Positions 10,752 through 21,858 of a DNA stretch of 64,000 nucleotides are shown in pieces. The notes under the pieces were generated by a model. It made no database searches, was not told the DNA's origin, and was given only the letters and a program-made list of their open reading frames with translations. This stretch comes from an uncultured Actinomycetes bacterium (GTDB lineage: Bacteria; Actinomycetota; Thermoleophilia; Gaiellales; Gaiellaceae): positions 320,708-384,707 of the forward strand of contig CAVVZV010000003.1 in assembly GCA_963752845.1 (NCBI GenBank), read 5' to 3'. Each line of letters starts with the position of its first letter. The first letter of the stretch is position 1. Both the position numbers and the translations under genes were made by a program.

Positions 10752-11303
10752 GTGAACTCGGCCGATAGCGTCTCGGGCGATGAGCGTCTACGCATCTTCT
10801 GCGGCCTCCGCCTGCCCAACGACGTCGTCGACCGGATCGAGGCCTGGCAGGCGGAGCATCTCCGCGACGGCAGGATCGTCCCCCGCGAGCATCTCCATGT
10901 CACGCTCGCCTTCCTCGGCGGCAGGCCGGCCGCCGAGCTGCCGTCGATCGCGGCAGCCCTCGAAGCAGCCGCGCGAGACGCCGAGGAGATCGTGTTCACG
11001 GCGCGCCGGTACCGCGAGACGCGCAGCGTCGGCATGCTCGTCCTCGACGATCCGACGGGGGAGGGCGGCCGGCTCGCCGCGCGGTTATTCGACGGCCTGG
11101 AGGCCCTCGGGGTCTACGAGCGCGAGCGTCGCGCATGGCTCCCGCACGTCACCGTTCTGCGGTTCCGGAGCCCGCCGCGGCTCGCCCCTCCCGTGCCCGA
11201 CCTCGGGGCCTTCAGTCCGTCCGACGCGGCGGTCTACCATTCGCGTCTGCGGCCGTCCGGTGCGCAGTACGCCGTACTCGAAACTGTTCTTCTAGGAGGT
11301 TGA
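10752..11303 (+). CDS. thpR: RNA 2',3'-cyclic phosphodiesterase (2H phosphoesterase, LigT/ThpR)
   Basis: In the frame of ORF 10347..11303. Two H-x-T motifs are present (HVTLAFLG and HVTVLRF). GTG 10752 was chosen as start; the longer ORF upstream is Arg/Pro-rich and unlikely to be coding. Confidence 0.7.
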   Translation: MNSADSVSGDERLRIFCGLRLPNDVVDRIEAWQAEHLRDGRIVPREHLHVTLAFLGGRPAAELPSIAAALEAAARDAEEIVFTARRYRETRSVGMLVLDDPTGEGGRLAARLFDGLEALGVYERERRAWLPHVTVLRFRSPPRLAPPVPDLGAFSPSDAAVYHSRLRPSGAQYAVLETVLLGG

Positions 11304-11308
11304 TCGGA

Positions 11309-12379
11309 GTGGATCGCGCGGAGGCACTCGACACTGCTCTCGGACAGATCGAGCGCCAGTTCGGCAAGGGCGCCGTCATGCGGATGAACGACCGGGCCCA
11401 TGTGTCGATCGGCGCCGTCTCGACCGGATCGCTCTCCCTCGACCTCGCACTGGGGATCGGCGGCCTGCCACGCGGTCGCATCGTCGAGATCTTCGGCCCG
11501 GAATCCTCGGGCAAGACGACGCTCGTCTACCACGTCATCGCCGAGGCGCAGCGCCGCGGCGGGATCTGCGCGTTCATCGACGCCGAGCACGCGATGGACC
11601 CGCAGTACGCCCGCCGGATCGGCGTCAACGTCGACGAGCTGCTCGTCTCGCAGCCCGACAACGGCGAGCAGGCGCTCGAGATCTCCGAGCTCCTGATCCG
11701 CAGCGGCGCATTGTCCGTCGTCGCCGTCGACTCCGTCGCCGCGCTGACGCCTCGCGCGGAGATCGAAGGCGAGATGGGCGACAGCCACGTCGGCCTCCAG
11801 GCCCGCCTGATGAGTCAGGCGCTTCGCAAGCTCGCGGGCACGCTCAACCGGACCGAGACGATCTGCATCTTCACAAACCAGCTCCGCGAGAAGATCGGCG
11901 TCATGTTCGGCAACCCGGAGACGACGCCGGGCGGCCGCGCGCTCAAGTTCTACTCGTCTGTCCGCCTCGACATCCGCCGCATCGAGACGCTGAAGGAGGG
12001 GGTCGAGGCGATCGGGAACCGCGTCCGCGTGAAGGTCGTCAAGAACAAGGTCGCGCCGCCCTTCAAGCAGGCCGAGTTCGACATCATCTACGGCTCGGGA
12101 GTCTCCTGGGAGGGCACTGTCCTCGACGCGGGCCTGGAGCGTAAGGCCGTGCAGAAGTCGGGCTCGTACTTCAGCTTCGACGATGAGCGGCTCGGCCAGG
12201 GCCGGCAGAACGCGACGGCCTTTCTGCGCGAGCATCCCGACGTCACGCAGAAGATCCTCGAGCGGATCCAGTCCGATCTCGGCTCCGAGCAGATCGCATC
12301 GGCGCGACTACTGCCCCTCGCCGAGGGCGCGCCGGCCGAGGGCCCGGCGCCCGCGCCGGTCGAGGCCACGGCCGAGTAG
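11309..12379 (+). CDS. recA: Recombinase RecA
   Basis: [22 protein letters not shown] (Walker A) and canonical RecA sequence throughout. AGGAGG lies 9 nt before GTG 11309. Intact frame. Confidence 0.95.
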   Translation: MDRAEALDTALGQIERQFGKGAVMRMNDRAHVSIGAVSTGSLSLDLALGIGGLPRGRIVEIFGPESSGKTTLVYHVIAEAQRRGGICAFIDAEHAMDPQYARRIGVNVDELLVSQPDNGEQALEISELLIRSGALSVVAVDSVAALTPRAEIEGEMGDSHVGLQARLMSQALRKLAGTLNRTETICIFTNQLREKIGVMFGNPETTPGGRALKFYSSVRLDIRRIETLKEGVEAIGNRVRVKVVKNKVAPPFKQAEFDIIYGSGVSWEGTVLDAGLERKAVQKSGSYFSFDDERLGQGRQNATAFLREHPDVTQKILERIQSDLGSEQIASARLLPLAEGAPAEGPAPAPVEATAE

Positions 12380-12383
12380 CTCC

Positions 12384-12815
12384 ATGGTTGAGCCGGGCGA
12401 CGCGACGGAGCTGGCGCTTCGTGCGCTCCGCCATCGCAGCCGCTCCCGGCACGAGCTCGAGCAGCGGCTCGACCGCGCCGGGGTCACGCCGGACGAGCGC
12501 TCTGCTGCGCTGGATCGCCTGACCGAGGCGGGGCTTCTCTCCGACGACAGGTTCGCCGAGGAGCGCGCTCGCGCGCTTGCAGGACGCGGCGCGAGTGACG
12601 CGCTGATCAGGCACGACCTCCGCCGGCAGGGCGTCGAGCATGCGGCGGTGGAGCATGCAATCGGCCAACTAGAGGCCGAAGACGAGCGCGCAGCCCGCGT
12701 CTTCCGGGCACGGGGCGGGGGGCCGAAGGCGCTGCGCTACCTCGCAGGCAGAGGATTCGCGGCTGAGACCCTCGAGCGCCTGGCGGATGGCGATCCTGCC
12801 GATCCGTTACACTAG
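12384..12815 (+). CDS. recX: RecA regulator RecX
   Basis: ATG 12384 lies 5 nt after the recA stop. ALRALRHRSRSRHELEQRLDRAGV and three RecX-type helical repeats. Confidence 0.8.
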   Translation: MVEPGDATELALRALRHRSRSRHELEQRLDRAGVTPDERSAALDRLTEAGLLSDDRFAEERARALAGRGASDALIRHDLRRQGVEHAAVEHAIGQLEAEDERAARVFRARGGGPKALRYLAGRGFAAETLERLADGDPADPLH

Positions 12816-13034
12816 GTGCTCTTCATTCACCATTTTGCCTGCACAGAGACGCTTTCTGAATCGACCAAAACGAACCCGATCACTGATGAGTACAACAACC
12901 AGCGATGCGGTGGAGGCGGCGCTAGCTAGAGCTCGCTAGCGGCACCGGACGGAGCGGCCGTCGCCGACGGCCGCGAATCAGAGCGCTTTGCTCAGGCCTG
13001 ATGGTGGGTGGTATATCGACCCCAAGGAGCGCGC

Positions 13035-14567
13035 ATGCTCTTCGCCGCCGGAATCGCTATCGGTCTCGTTCTCGGAGCGGCGCTGCTTGCGCTCCTGCTC
13101 AAGGTCCAGCACCGCTCAGGCCTCGGTGAAGCTGCGCGCAGGCGCGACGAGTTGATCGTCGCGGCGAAGCGAGAGGCAGACAATCTCCGGCGCGAAGCGG
13201 AGATCGAAGCGCGGGAGCAGGCGATGCGCTTCAAGGCCGATGCCGAGCAGGCGCTCACGGAGCAGCGCGGGCAGGTCGCGAAGCTCGAGGAGCGCGTTCT
13301 CGCGCGCCAGGACGAGCTCGAGAGCAAGTTGACCGAGCTCCTCCGCCGCGAGCAGGGCCTGGCCGACCGTGAGGTCCACATCAAAGAGCTCCAGCTGCAG
13401 CTCAAGGAAGCCAAGGACCAGGAGGTTCAGGAGCTGGAGAGGATCTCGAGCCTGACCGTCGGCGAAGCGAAGACCGAGCTCCTCGAACGCTCAGAGCAGC
13501 TGATTCGCCACGAACTCGCCCGGCGGGTGCGTCAGCTCGAGGAGGAGGCACAGATCGAGGCCAAGCGGCGGGCCCGAAACCTCGTCGCCGACGCACTTCA
13601 GCGGGTTGCGGCCAGCCATGCGGCCGAGACGACGTCGTCGGTCGTCGAGCTGCCCTCCGACGACATGAAGGGCCGGATCATCGGCCGTGAGGGCAGGAAC
13701 ATCCGGACGCTCGAGCACTTGACCGGGGTCGACATCATCATCGACGACACGCCGGAGGCGGTCGTGCTGTCCTCATTCGACGGCATCCGACGGGAGATCG
13801 CAAAGCTCACCCTCTCGAAGCTGATCGAGGACGGCCGCATTCAGCCGGCGCGAATCGAGGAGATGTACTACCAGTCGAAGGCCGAGATCGACGACCACAT
13901 TCGCTCGGCGGGGGAGCAGGCGGTCTTCGAGGCCAACTGTGGCGATTTTCATCCCGAGCTCATCAAGATCCTGGGCCGCCTGCATTACCGGACGAGCTAC
14001 GGACAGAACGTCCTCAAGCACACGCTCGAGGTCGTCCACCTGACCGGGATCATGGCGATGGAGCTCGAGGCGAGCAGCCGCACAGCGAAGCGGGCCGCAA
14101 TGCTGCACGACCTCGGCAAAGCGCTCACGCACGAAATCGAGGGATCGCACGCACAGATCTCCGCCGACTACGCGGCCCGGTACGGCGAGGCCGAGGCCGT
14201 CGTTCACGCGATCGCCGCCCACCACTACGAGGTGCAGCCGCAGACCGTCGAGGCGGTACTGCTGATCGCGGCGGATGCGATCTCGGGCTCGCGGCCAGGT
14301 GCCCGCGGGGACACGCTCGAGAACTACATCAAGCGACTCGAGGCGCTGGAGGAGATCGCGGCGCGCAAGAACGGCGTCGAGAAGGTGTACGCGCTTCAGG
14401 CCGGACGAGAGATCCGAGTGATCGTCAAACCCGGCGAGATCGACGACGACGACGCGGTGCTGCTCTCACACCAGATCGCCCGAGACATCGAGCAGGAGCT
14501 CGAATATCCCGGACAGATCAAGGTGACGGTGATCCGCGAGTCACGCGCGACCGAGCTGGCGAAGTAG
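13035..14567 (+). CDS. rny: Ribonuclease Y
   Basis: N-terminal TM helix, coiled coil, KH domain (GRIIGREGRNIRTLEHLTGVDIIIDD) and HD domain (MLHDLGKA). ATG 13035 is preceded by AAGGAG. Confidence 0.95.
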   Translation: MLFAAGIAIGLVLGAALLALLLKVQHRSGLGEAARRRDELIVAAKREADNLRREAEIEAREQAMRFKADAEQALTEQRGQVAKLEERVLARQDELESKLTELLRREQGLADREVHIKELQLQLKEAKDQEVQELERISSLTVGEAKTELLERSEQLIRHELARRVRQLEEEAQIEAKRRARNLVADALQRVAASHAAETTSSVVELPSDDMKGRIIGREGRNIRTLEHLTGVDIIIDDTPEAVVLSSFDGIRREIAKLTLSKLIEDGRIQPARIEEMYYQSKAEIDDHIRSAGEQAVFEANCGDFHPELIKILGRLHYRTSYGQNVLKHTLEVVHLTGIMAMELEASSRTAKRAAMLHDLGKALTHEIEGSHAQISADYAARYGEAEAVVHAIAAHHYEVQPQTVEAVLLIAADAISGSRPGARGDTLENYIKRLEALEEIAARKNGVEKVYALQAGREIRVIVKPGEIDDDDAVLLSHQIARDIEQELEYPGQIKVTVIRESRATELAK

Positions 14568-14622
14568 CTCAGGCGTCGAGAGCTGAAGCGCCACAAAACA
14601 GGCCGATACAGTTTCCAGAACG

Positions 14623-15951
14623 ATGCAGCGCTACCACGTCACAACTTTCGGCTGCCAGATGAACGCGCACGATTCCGAGCGGATCAAAGGCATGCTCGAG
14701 GAGCTCGGCCTCGGGGAGACCCAGGCACAGGAAGAGGCCGACGTCCTGGTCTTCAACACCTGCACGGTCCGCGAGAAGCCCGACCAGCGCTTTGCCGCGC
14801 ACCTCGCCCAGGCAAGGGCGCTGAAGGAGCGCGACCCCGACAAGGTGATCGCCGTCGGCGGCTGCTACGCCGAGGCTCAGCGCGAGCGCCTGTTCTCGCT
14901 CTACCCGTTCGTCGACGTCGCCTTCGGGCCCGGTTCGATCCCGCATCTGGGCCAGTGGCTGGGCGCGGGGGGCATCGGTGTTCCGCGAGGCCGATTCGGG
15001 CTCGAGCAGCGCACGTTCGCCGGGCAGCTGCCGATGCACCGGGAGCGGCGCTTCCAGGCCTGGGTGCAGGTCTCGATGGGCTGTAACTCCAAGTGCGCCT
15101 ACTGCATCGTCCCCGCCGTCCGCGGTCGGGAGCAGAGTCGCCGCCCCGGTGATGTGGTCGCCGAAGTGACGCTGCTCGCGCAGGAGGGAGTGCGCGAGAT
15201 TACGCTGCTCGGCCAGAACGTCAACTCGTACGGCCGCGACCTGCTCCCCGACGTCCGCACCGACTTCGGCGAGCTGCTCCGCGCCTGCGACGCGGTCGAG
15301 GGGATCGAGCGAATTCGCTTCACCAGCCCGCATCCGAAGGACTTCCGAGCGCCGGTGATCGCAGCGATGGCCGAGTGCCGGTCGGTCTGCGAGCACGCGC
15401 ACCTGCCGCTCCAGTCGGGCTCGAGCCGGATCCTGAAGGCGATGCGCCGCACCTACAGCCGCGAGCGCTTCGTCCGCCTCGCCGAGCGAGCTGCGCGCAC
15501 GCGATCCCGGACCTCGCCCTCTCGACCGACCTGATCGTCGGCTTCCCGGGGGAGACCGAGGACGATTTCCGGCAGACGCTCGAGGCCGTCGAGGAGGTCG
15601 GGTTCGACAGCGCGTTCACGTTCGTCTTCTCTCCCCGGCAGGGCACGGAGGCGGCGACGATGCCCGACCAGGTGCCGGAGGAGGTCAAGCGCGACCGGAT
15701 CGAGCGGTTGATCGACGTCGTCCAGCGCGTCGCGCAGGAGCGAAACGCAGGTCGTGTCGGCCGCGTCGAAGAGGTGCTCGTCGAAGGGCCGAGCCGAACC
15801 GACCCGAGCCTGCTCCGCGGTCGCACCCGGCGCAACACGACGGTCAATTTCGCGGGGACCGCGGCGCGCCGGCGAGCTCGTCGAGGTCTCGATCGAAGCC
15901 GCGACGTCGACCACCCTGCGCGGCACCGAGCTGGCTGCTGTTGCCGCCTAG
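14623..15951 (+). CDS. miaB: tRNA-i6A37 methylthiotransferase MiaB, with two apparent frameshifts (~15490, ~15865)
   Basis: FGCQMN N-terminus and radical-SAM MGCNSKCAYC. It continues in ORF 15375..16073 (AIPDLALSTDLIVGFPGETEDDF) and then in ORF 15754..15951 (GELVEVSIEAATSTTLRG, TRAM end). Confidence 0.9.
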
Positions 15952-16690
15952 GTCGCGCGACCTCGCCTGGGACGGGCTCCTCAACGCCCGCGACCTCGGC
16001 GGCCACCCGACCGAGGACGGCGGCGAGACTCGCTTCGGGCAGGTCGTCCGCGCCGACAGCGTCCGCCGGCTGACCGACGGAGGGTGGCAGGCACTCGTGG
16101 ACTACGGCATTCGGACGATCGTCGATCTTCGTTCGGACGAGGAGCTCGCGGCCGACCCGCCGGCCGAGCTCCCGGTCGAGGCCGTGCACGTTCCTTTCCT
16201 GGAGGACCGCGAGGACGTCTGGAAGCAGGTCGAGGCTGCAAGTCGCCGCGCCGCCGACCACACCGAGGCGACTCGCGAGGTTTACCTGATCTTCCTCGAG
16301 CACTTTCGGCCGAACGTCGCGGCAGCCGTGCGCGCGGTTGTCGAGGCGCCTGAGGGCGGCGTCGTCGTCCATTGCATGGGCGGCAAGGACCGAACCGGGC
16401 TCGTCAGTGCGTTTCTCCTGCGCCTCGCCGGCGTGGCCGTCGACGAAATCGCGGCCGACTACGCGCTCAGCGAGCAGCGCCTGCGCACCCGCCATGAGGA
16501 GTGGTTCTCAGCGGCCGCCGACGAGGCCGAGCTCGAGCGACTCCACCGGATCGCAGCCACCCCGGCCGCGTCGATGGTCGGCGTGCTCGAGGAGCTCGAG
16601 CGCCGCTACGGCAGCATCGAAGGCTTCCTGCGTTCCGGCGGAGCGCCCGACGACATCCGCGAGCGCGTCCGCGCGCGGCTCCGTGACTGA
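15941..16690 (+). CDS. Protein tyrosine/serine phosphatase family protein
   Basis: 249 aa with the active-site loop HCMGGKDRTG (CX5R) and N-terminal LLNARDLGG. TTG start. Confidence 0.8.
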   Translation: MPPRSRDLAWDGLLNARDLGGHPTEDGGETRFGQVVRADSVRRLTDGGWQALVDYGIRTIVDLRSDEELAADPPAELPVEAVHVPFLEDREDVWKQVEAASRRAADHTEATREVYLIFLEHFRPNVAAAVRAVVEAPEGGVVVHCMGGKDRTGLVSAFLLRLAGVAVDEIAADYALSEQRLRTRHEEWFSAAADEAELERLHRIAATPAASMVGVLEELERRYGSIEGFLRSGGAPDDIRERVRARLRD

Positions 16691-17614
16691 CGTCATCGCA
16701 ATCTTCGGGCCGACCGCGTCGGGCAAGAGCGCCGTCGCCGAGGCGCTGGCGGAGCGGATCCCTGCGCGGCTCGTCTCCGCCGACGCGATGCAGGTCTACC
16801 GCGGTGTCCCGATCCTCACGAACCAGTCCGAGTACCCGACCGAGCTGGTCGGGATCTGGGGGCTCGAGCACGAGGCGTCGGTCGGGGAGTACGCCGAGCT
16901 CGCGCACGCCGTGATCGACCGCGCACTCGAGGAGGGCCTGACGCCGATCGTCGTCGGCGGCACGGGCCTCTACCTCCGGGCGGCGCTCGTCGAGCTCGGC
17001 CTTCCACCGGCCCCGTCACGCGAAGCGCGAGCGCGCTGGGAGCGCAGCCTACGACGAGCTGGGGCCCGAGGCGGCGCACGACGCGCTCGCCGAGCGGGAT
17101 CCCGAGGCAGCGTCGCGAATCCATCCCAATGACCGTCGCAGAGTCATCCGGGCGCTGGAGCTGGCCGAGGCAGGCGCTTCGCTCGCGCCGAGCGAGGACC
17201 GGCTGTGGAGCGAGGAGGTGCGCCACCCGACCCTCCTCGTCGGCTCTCGACGTGCCGATGGACGTGCTCGAGCGCCGCATCCAGGAACGTGCGAGGACGA
17301 TGCTGGAGCGTGGCGCGGAGGCTGAGGCGCGCCGCGCCCTGGCCGGCCCGATCTCCTCGACGGCCCGGACGATCTACGGTCTCGAGGAGCTCGCCGAGCT
17401 GCCGCCAGACGAGGCGCTGGGGGCGCTCGTTCGCCGTACTCGTCGCTACGCGGCGTACCAGCGCAAGTGGATGCGACGGATTCCGGGCCTTGTTAGCCTG
17501 CCCGCCGATCGCCCTCCGGGCGAGGTGGCGGATGCGATTCTCGAAATGGCACGGCCTCGGCAACGATTACCTGCTGGTCCAGCGAGCCGATCTGGACGAG
17601 CCACTGACGCCTGA
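16683..17614 (+). CDS. miaA: tRNA dimethylallyltransferase MiaA, with two apparent frameshifts (~17047, ~17245)
   Basis: VIAIFGPTASGKSAVAE P-loop in the frame of ORF 16338..17132. A middle segment YDELGPEAAHDALAERDPEAASRIHPNDRRRVIRALE lies in the third frame. The end (LDVPMDVLERRIQER...) lies in ORF 17129..17614. Confidence 0.85.
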
Positions 17615-18314
17615 GCAGGTTCGCCGGCTGTGCGACTACCACTTCGGCGTCGGTTCCGACGGCGTGCTCGAGGTCATCTCGACGAACAGTGCCCGGGCCG
17701 ACATCGTGATCTGGAACCCGGACGGCTCGACCGCCGAGCTCTCCGGCAACGGCACGCGCATCGCCGCCCGGTGGCTGGCACGGCGGAGCGGGGCGGAAAC
17801 GGTCAGGATCTCGGTCGGCCCCCGCGAAGTTGTCGCGCGCATGCGCGGCGGCCTTCAGGTCGAGATGGAGATGGGCCGAGTGGAGGTCGGCGATCCCGAG
17901 AGGCTCGACGTCGGCGACGAGCCCGTGGAGCTGACTCCGGCCTCGGTCGGAAACCCGCACGCAGTTGTGCAAAGAGAGCCCGATCGCGAGACGCTTCTAC
18001 GCCTCGGCCCGCTGATCGAGAACCACGAGCGATTCCCGGAGCGAACGAACGTCCAGCTTGTGCGCGTCGACGGTCCGAGTGATCTGAGCGTCGGCGTGTG
18101 GGAACGCGGGGCGGGGGAGACCCTCTCCTCCGGGACGAGCGCCGTCGCCTGTGCGGCGGTCGCCGTCGCCCGCGGGTGGTGCACGAGCCCGGTGACCGTT
18201 CACCTGTCAGGCGGCGACCTCGTCGTCGAGCTTGACGACGACTGGAATGCGCGACTGACCGGACCGGCGCAGGAGATCTTCATCGGCGAGACGGCCGAGG
18301 AGTTCGGAGCGTGA
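17532..18314 (+). CDS. dapF: Diaminopimelate epimerase
   Basis: MRFSKWHGLGNDYLLV... in the frame of ORF 17205..18314, with SGNGTR and SGTSA active-site regions. Confidence 0.9.
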   Translation: MRFSKWHGLGNDYLLVQRADLDEPLTPEQVRRLCDYHFGVGSDGVLEVISTNSARADIVIWNPDGSTAELSGNGTRIAARWLARRSGAETVRISVGPREVVARMRGGLQVEMEMGRVEVGDPERLDVGDEPVELTPASVGNPHAVVQREPDRETLLRLGPLIENHERFPERTNVQLVRVDGPSDLSVGVWERGAGETLSSGTSAVACAAVAVARGWCTSPVTVHLSGGDLVVELDDDWNARLTGPAQEIFIGETAEEFGA

Positions 18315-18387
18315 GACAACGCTTGCGTTGTCTCCTTCAGCCCGTGCGGCTAAGGCATCGCTTGCGATGCCGCTTGGAGGTTCAGGC
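18312..18387 (+). repeat. Intercistronic modular stem-loop cassette, copy 3 (A, B, SD)
   Basis: Hairpin A GAGACAACGC-TT-GCGTTGTCTC at 18313-18334. Linker CTTCAGCCCGTGCGGCTAA. Hairpin B GGCATCGC-TT-GCGATGCC at 18354-18371. GGAGGTTCAGGC followed by GTG 18388. Confidence 0.85.
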
Positions 18388-19568
18388 GTGAGGTTCGCCC
18401 GCCGGCTCGACCAAGTGCCGCCGTACTTGTTCGCGGAGCTGGAGCGCAAGGTCTCCGCGAAGCAGCGAAAGGGGATCGACGTGATCAGCCTCGGGATCGG
18501 CGATCCCGATCTGCCGACCCCCGAGGTGGTCGTAGAGGCGGCCGCCGCTGCGCTGCGCGACCCCGGCACTCATCAGTACCCGAGCAACCAGGGCAGCCTG
18601 GAGTTCCGCGAGGCCGTCGCCGGCTTCTACCGCGAGCGCTTCGGCGTCGAGCTCGACCCGGCCTCGGAGGTGATGCCGGTGCTAGGCGGCAAGGAGGCCG
18701 TCGGGCACATCGCGATGGCGTGCCTCGACCCGGGAGATCTCTGCCTCAGCCCCGAGCCCGGCTATCCGCCGTACACGTCCGGTCCGGTCTTCTCCGGCGC
18801 CGAGGTGCACTACCTGCCCCTGACCGAGGAGAACCATTTCTTCCCGGAGCTCGGAGCGATCCCGGACGAGATCGCGCGACGCGCCAACCTCCTCTACCTC
18901 GACTACCCGAACAATCCCACCGGCGCGATCGTCCCCGATGGCGCCTTCGGGCAAGCCGTCGCCTTTGCCCGGCGAGCACGAACTGATCGTCGTCCACGAC
19001 AACGCCTACTCGGAGATCACTTTCGACGGCTACGTCGCGCCGAGCTTCCTCGAGACGCCGGGAGCCAAGGAGGTCGGGGTCGAGATCTTCTCGCTCTCGA
19101 AGGGCTGGAACATGACCGGCTGGCGCTGCGGGCTCGTCGCCGGGAACGCCGAGCTCATCGAGCGCTATCGGCAGCTGAAGACGAATCTGGACTCGGGCCT
19201 GTTCGAGGCGCTCCAGCGCGCAGCGGTGGTCGCGTTGACCGACGCAGCGGGACTTCCCTCGGCAGATGTCGGAGGTCTACCAGCGACGGCGCGACCTGCT
19301 GGTCGAGGCGCTCGCGCAGATCGGGCTCGACGTCGAGCCTCCGAAGGCGACGCCGTACTTCTGGGTGCGCGTGCCGGAGGGACACACGTCCGCGTCGTTC
19401 GCATCGCTCGTGCTCGATCAGGCGAACGTGGTCGTCTCGCCCGGGCCGGGCTACGGTCCGAGCGGCGAGGGATTCGTCCGGCTGTCGTTGACTGTCCCTG
19501 ACGAGCGGCTCGAGGAGGCCGTGCGACGAATCGAGAGCTCGTTGCGCGCGTCCATAATTCAGGCGTGA
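18388..19568 (+). CDS. Class I/II aminotransferase, LL-diaminopimelate aminotransferase-like, with two apparent frameshifts (~18970, ~19248)
   Basis: [16 protein letters not shown]...[14 protein letters not shown], then YPNNPTG. It continues in ORF 18938..19501 ([32 protein letters not shown]) and ORF 19266..19568. It sits adjacent to dapF. Confidence 0.8.
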
Positions 19569-20878
19569 CTGCCCGACAGCCGGACCCCGCCCCGGGCGCG
19601 CAACCGGAGCGGGGCTTCATCATCGCGGTGCTGCCCCAGGCGACCGATCCGGACCGCGAGCTCGCTGAGGTCGAAGAGCTGGCCCGGACCGCCGGCGTGG
19701 AGCCGATCGGCCGCCTGGTCCAGCACCGGGCTCAACCGGATCGCCGCTCGTACGTCGGCAAAGGCAAGCTCGAGGAGTTGAAGCAGTCGTTTCGCGGGGT
19801 CGGCGCCGAGTCGCTGATCGTGGACGGCGAGATCACGCCGGCGCAGCAGCGTCTGCTCGAGGATGCGCTGCATACGCGCGTCGTCGACCGTACGCAGCTG
19901 ATCCTCGACATCTTCGCCCAGCACGCCTTCAGCGCCGAGGGGAAGCTCCAGGTCGAGCTCGCCCAGCTCCAGTACAACCTGCCGCGCATGCGCGGCCTGT
20001 GGCAGCACCTCGAGCGTCTCGGCGGTGGGCTCGGGACGAGGGGGCCGGGCGAGTCGCAGCTCGAGACCGACCGCCGGCTGGCCCGCCGGCGGGTCACGAT
20101 CCTCCGGCGTCGACTCGAGGGCCTCCGCCGCCAGCGCGACACCCGCCGCCGCGAGCGGGTGCGGTCGGAGACGCCGACCGTCGCCCTTGCCGGCTACACG
20201 AACGTGGGCAAGTCGACGCTGCTCAACGCCCTGACCGACGCACAGGTCTCAGTGCACGACCGTCTGTTCGAGACGCTCGACCCAACGACGCGGGCGTTCG
20301 AGCACGACGGCCGGCGGTATCTCCTCACGGACACAGTCGGGTTCATCCGGCGGCTGCCGCACGACCTGGTCGAGGGCTTCGCCGCCACGCTCGAGGAGAC
20401 GCTCTCCGCCCAGCTCGTGCTCCACGTCCTCGACGGCTCGGCTCCGGACGAGGAGCTCGACCGCATGATCGCTGCGGTCGAGGAGGTGCTGGCGGAGATC
20501 GGCGCCGGCGAGCTCCCTGTCGAGCTGGTGCTGAACAAGATCGACGAAGTCGACCCGCTCGCCCGGCGAAGGCTGGCGAACCGCTTCCCGGGCGCCGTGC
20601 AGATTTCCGCCCTGTCCGGCGAGGGCTTGGCGGAGCTGCGGGCGCGGATCGCGGAGCGGTTCGCGGAGCGGTTCGAGCTCGTCCGCCTGCTCGTTCCCCA
20701 CGGCGAGGGGGCGAAGCTCGCCGAGCTCTACTCGCTGGGCACGCCGATCGACGAGCGTGAGGACACGGAGGAGGGCGTCTTCATCAGGGCGCGGCTCCCC
20801 CGCCGTGACCTGGCTCGCTTTGCGCCATATCTGATCGCAGAAACGTCCGCGACCGAGTCTCATAGGGCCTCGCAGTGA
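19565..20878 (+). CDS. hflX: GTPase HflX
   Basis: 437 aa with HflX N-domain, G-domain GYTNVGKSTLLNAL and DTVGFI. Intact. Confidence 0.9.
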   Translation: MTARQPDPAPGAQPERGFIIAVLPQATDPDRELAEVEELARTAGVEPIGRLVQHRAQPDRRSYVGKGKLEELKQSFRGVGAESLIVDGEITPAQQRLLEDALHTRVVDRTQLILDIFAQHAFSAEGKLQVELAQLQYNLPRMRGLWQHLERLGGGLGTRGPGESQLETDRRLARRRVTILRRRLEGLRRQRDTRRRERVRSETPTVALAGYTNVGKSTLLNALTDAQVSVHDRLFETLDPTTRAFEHDGRRYLLTDTVGFIRRLPHDLVEGFAATLEETLSAQLVLHVLDGSAPDEELDRMIAAVEEVLAEIGAGELPVELVLNKIDEVDPLARRRLANRFPGAVQISALSGEGLAELRARIAERFAERFELVRLLVPHGEGAKLAELYSLGTPIDEREDTEEGVFIRARLPRRDLARFAPYLIAETSATESHRASQ

Positions 20879-21310
20879 TCGAGCTCCCGGTCCGGCGCCT
20901 CCGGGATGACGCGAGCCTTCCGGCTCAGGCCTATGCCGGTGACGCGGGGTTGGATCTCGCCGCCTGCGACCGCCATGAGGTCGGACCGGGGGAGCGCATG
21001 GTCATCCCCACCGGCCTGGCGCTCGAGATCCCGGAGGGCTACGGCGGCTTCGTCCTTCCACGATCCGGCCTCGCGGCGCAGCATGGGATCACGCTCCTGA
21101 ACGCACCGGGCCTGATCGACGCTGGGTACCGCGGCGAGGTGCAGGTCGTGTTCCACAACACCGACCGCGAGCGAGACGTTCGTGGTCGAGCCGGGAATGC
21201 GGATCGCGCAGCTCGTCATCCTGCCGGTGCCGGAGGTCGCGCTCGTCGAGCGAGAAGAGCTGGCCTCGACCGAGCGGGGCGCGCGCGGCTTCGGCTCCTC
21301 GCGCGTCTAA
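20875..21310 (+). CDS. dut: dUTP diphosphatase, with one apparent frameshift (~21174)
   Basis: AGLDLAA...[28 protein letters not shown]. After the shift it reads [18 protein letters not shown]...[10 protein letters not shown], with stop TAA 21308-21310. Confidence 0.85.
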
Positions 21311-21313
21311 GGC

Positions 21314-21736
21314 ATGGGCGTCGAGCCGCGAATCCGCGTGTCGGCGATCCTGCGTCGCGAGGGCCGGATCCTGCTCTGCAGCCACGAGAAGGGTGGCAAG
21401 CAGTACTGGCTGCTCCCGGGCGGTGGCGTCAACTCGGGTGAGAGCCTCGTCGACGCCCTGCACCGCGAGCTGCTCGAGGAGGTGGGGATCCGGGACGAGC
21501 TACCGGTCGAAGGGCCGGTCGCGATCGTCGACTCGATCGCTCCGCAGCGAAGCTTCGCCGCCAAGCACGTCGTTCACATCATCTTCGCGGGCGACCTCGG
21601 CGAGCGGTCGCTCGAGACGGTCAGCTCTCAGGACGCCGCGGTGCGGGGCCATCGGCTGTTCGCAGCCGGCGAGCTGGACGAGATCGTGCTGCACCCGCCG
21701 ATCCAGCGCTTCCTGACGCGCTGGCGAGCCCGGTGA
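21314..21736 (+). CDS. NUDIX hydrolase
   Basis: Nudix box GGGVNSGESLVDALHRELLEEVG. Confidence 0.85.
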   Translation: MGVEPRIRVSAILRREGRILLCSHEKGGKQYWLLPGGGVNSGESLVDALHRELLEEVGIRDELPVEGPVAIVDSIAPQRSFAAKHVVHIIFAGDLGERSLETVSSQDAAVRGHRLFAAGELDEIVLHPPIQRFLTRWRAR

Positions 21737-21858
21737 CCCGGTCGTCTATCTCGGCCCGCTCTGGGTGCCGTAGCTGAGACACGCTTCCGGCACGAATTCG
21801 TGTGTCACAGGCGCGGGCCGGCCGACTATGCTCGCCGCGGGGAGGAGGCTGGGTGCAC

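Noticed and set aside
11278-11290. Possible SOS (Cheo-type) box TCGAAACTGTTCT just upstream of recA.
   Set aside because: Only the left half (CGAAA) resembles CGAAC-N4-GTTCG and the right half does not match. It also lies inside the thpR coding end. This is too weak to call.
12816-13034. Lower-GC 219-bp recX-rny spacer with palindrome GCTAGC-TAGAGCTC-GCTAGC, hairpin GCGGCCGTCG-CC-GACGGCCGC and a 17-codon ORF MSTTTSDAVEAALARAR.
   Set aside because: The mini-ORF has no SD. The hairpin lacks a U-tract and may simply be the recX terminator. A plausible rny promoter (TTGCTC-N18-TATATC) accounts for the AT-richer part. Nothing here is clearly unusual.
21775-21808. TGAGACACGC...CACGAATTCGTG...GTGTGTCAC after the NUDIX gene; a possible fifth, degenerate module A.
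   Set aside because: The arms do not pair properly (GAGACAC against GTGTGTC), the loop is long, other modules are absent, and the site lies between convergent genes.
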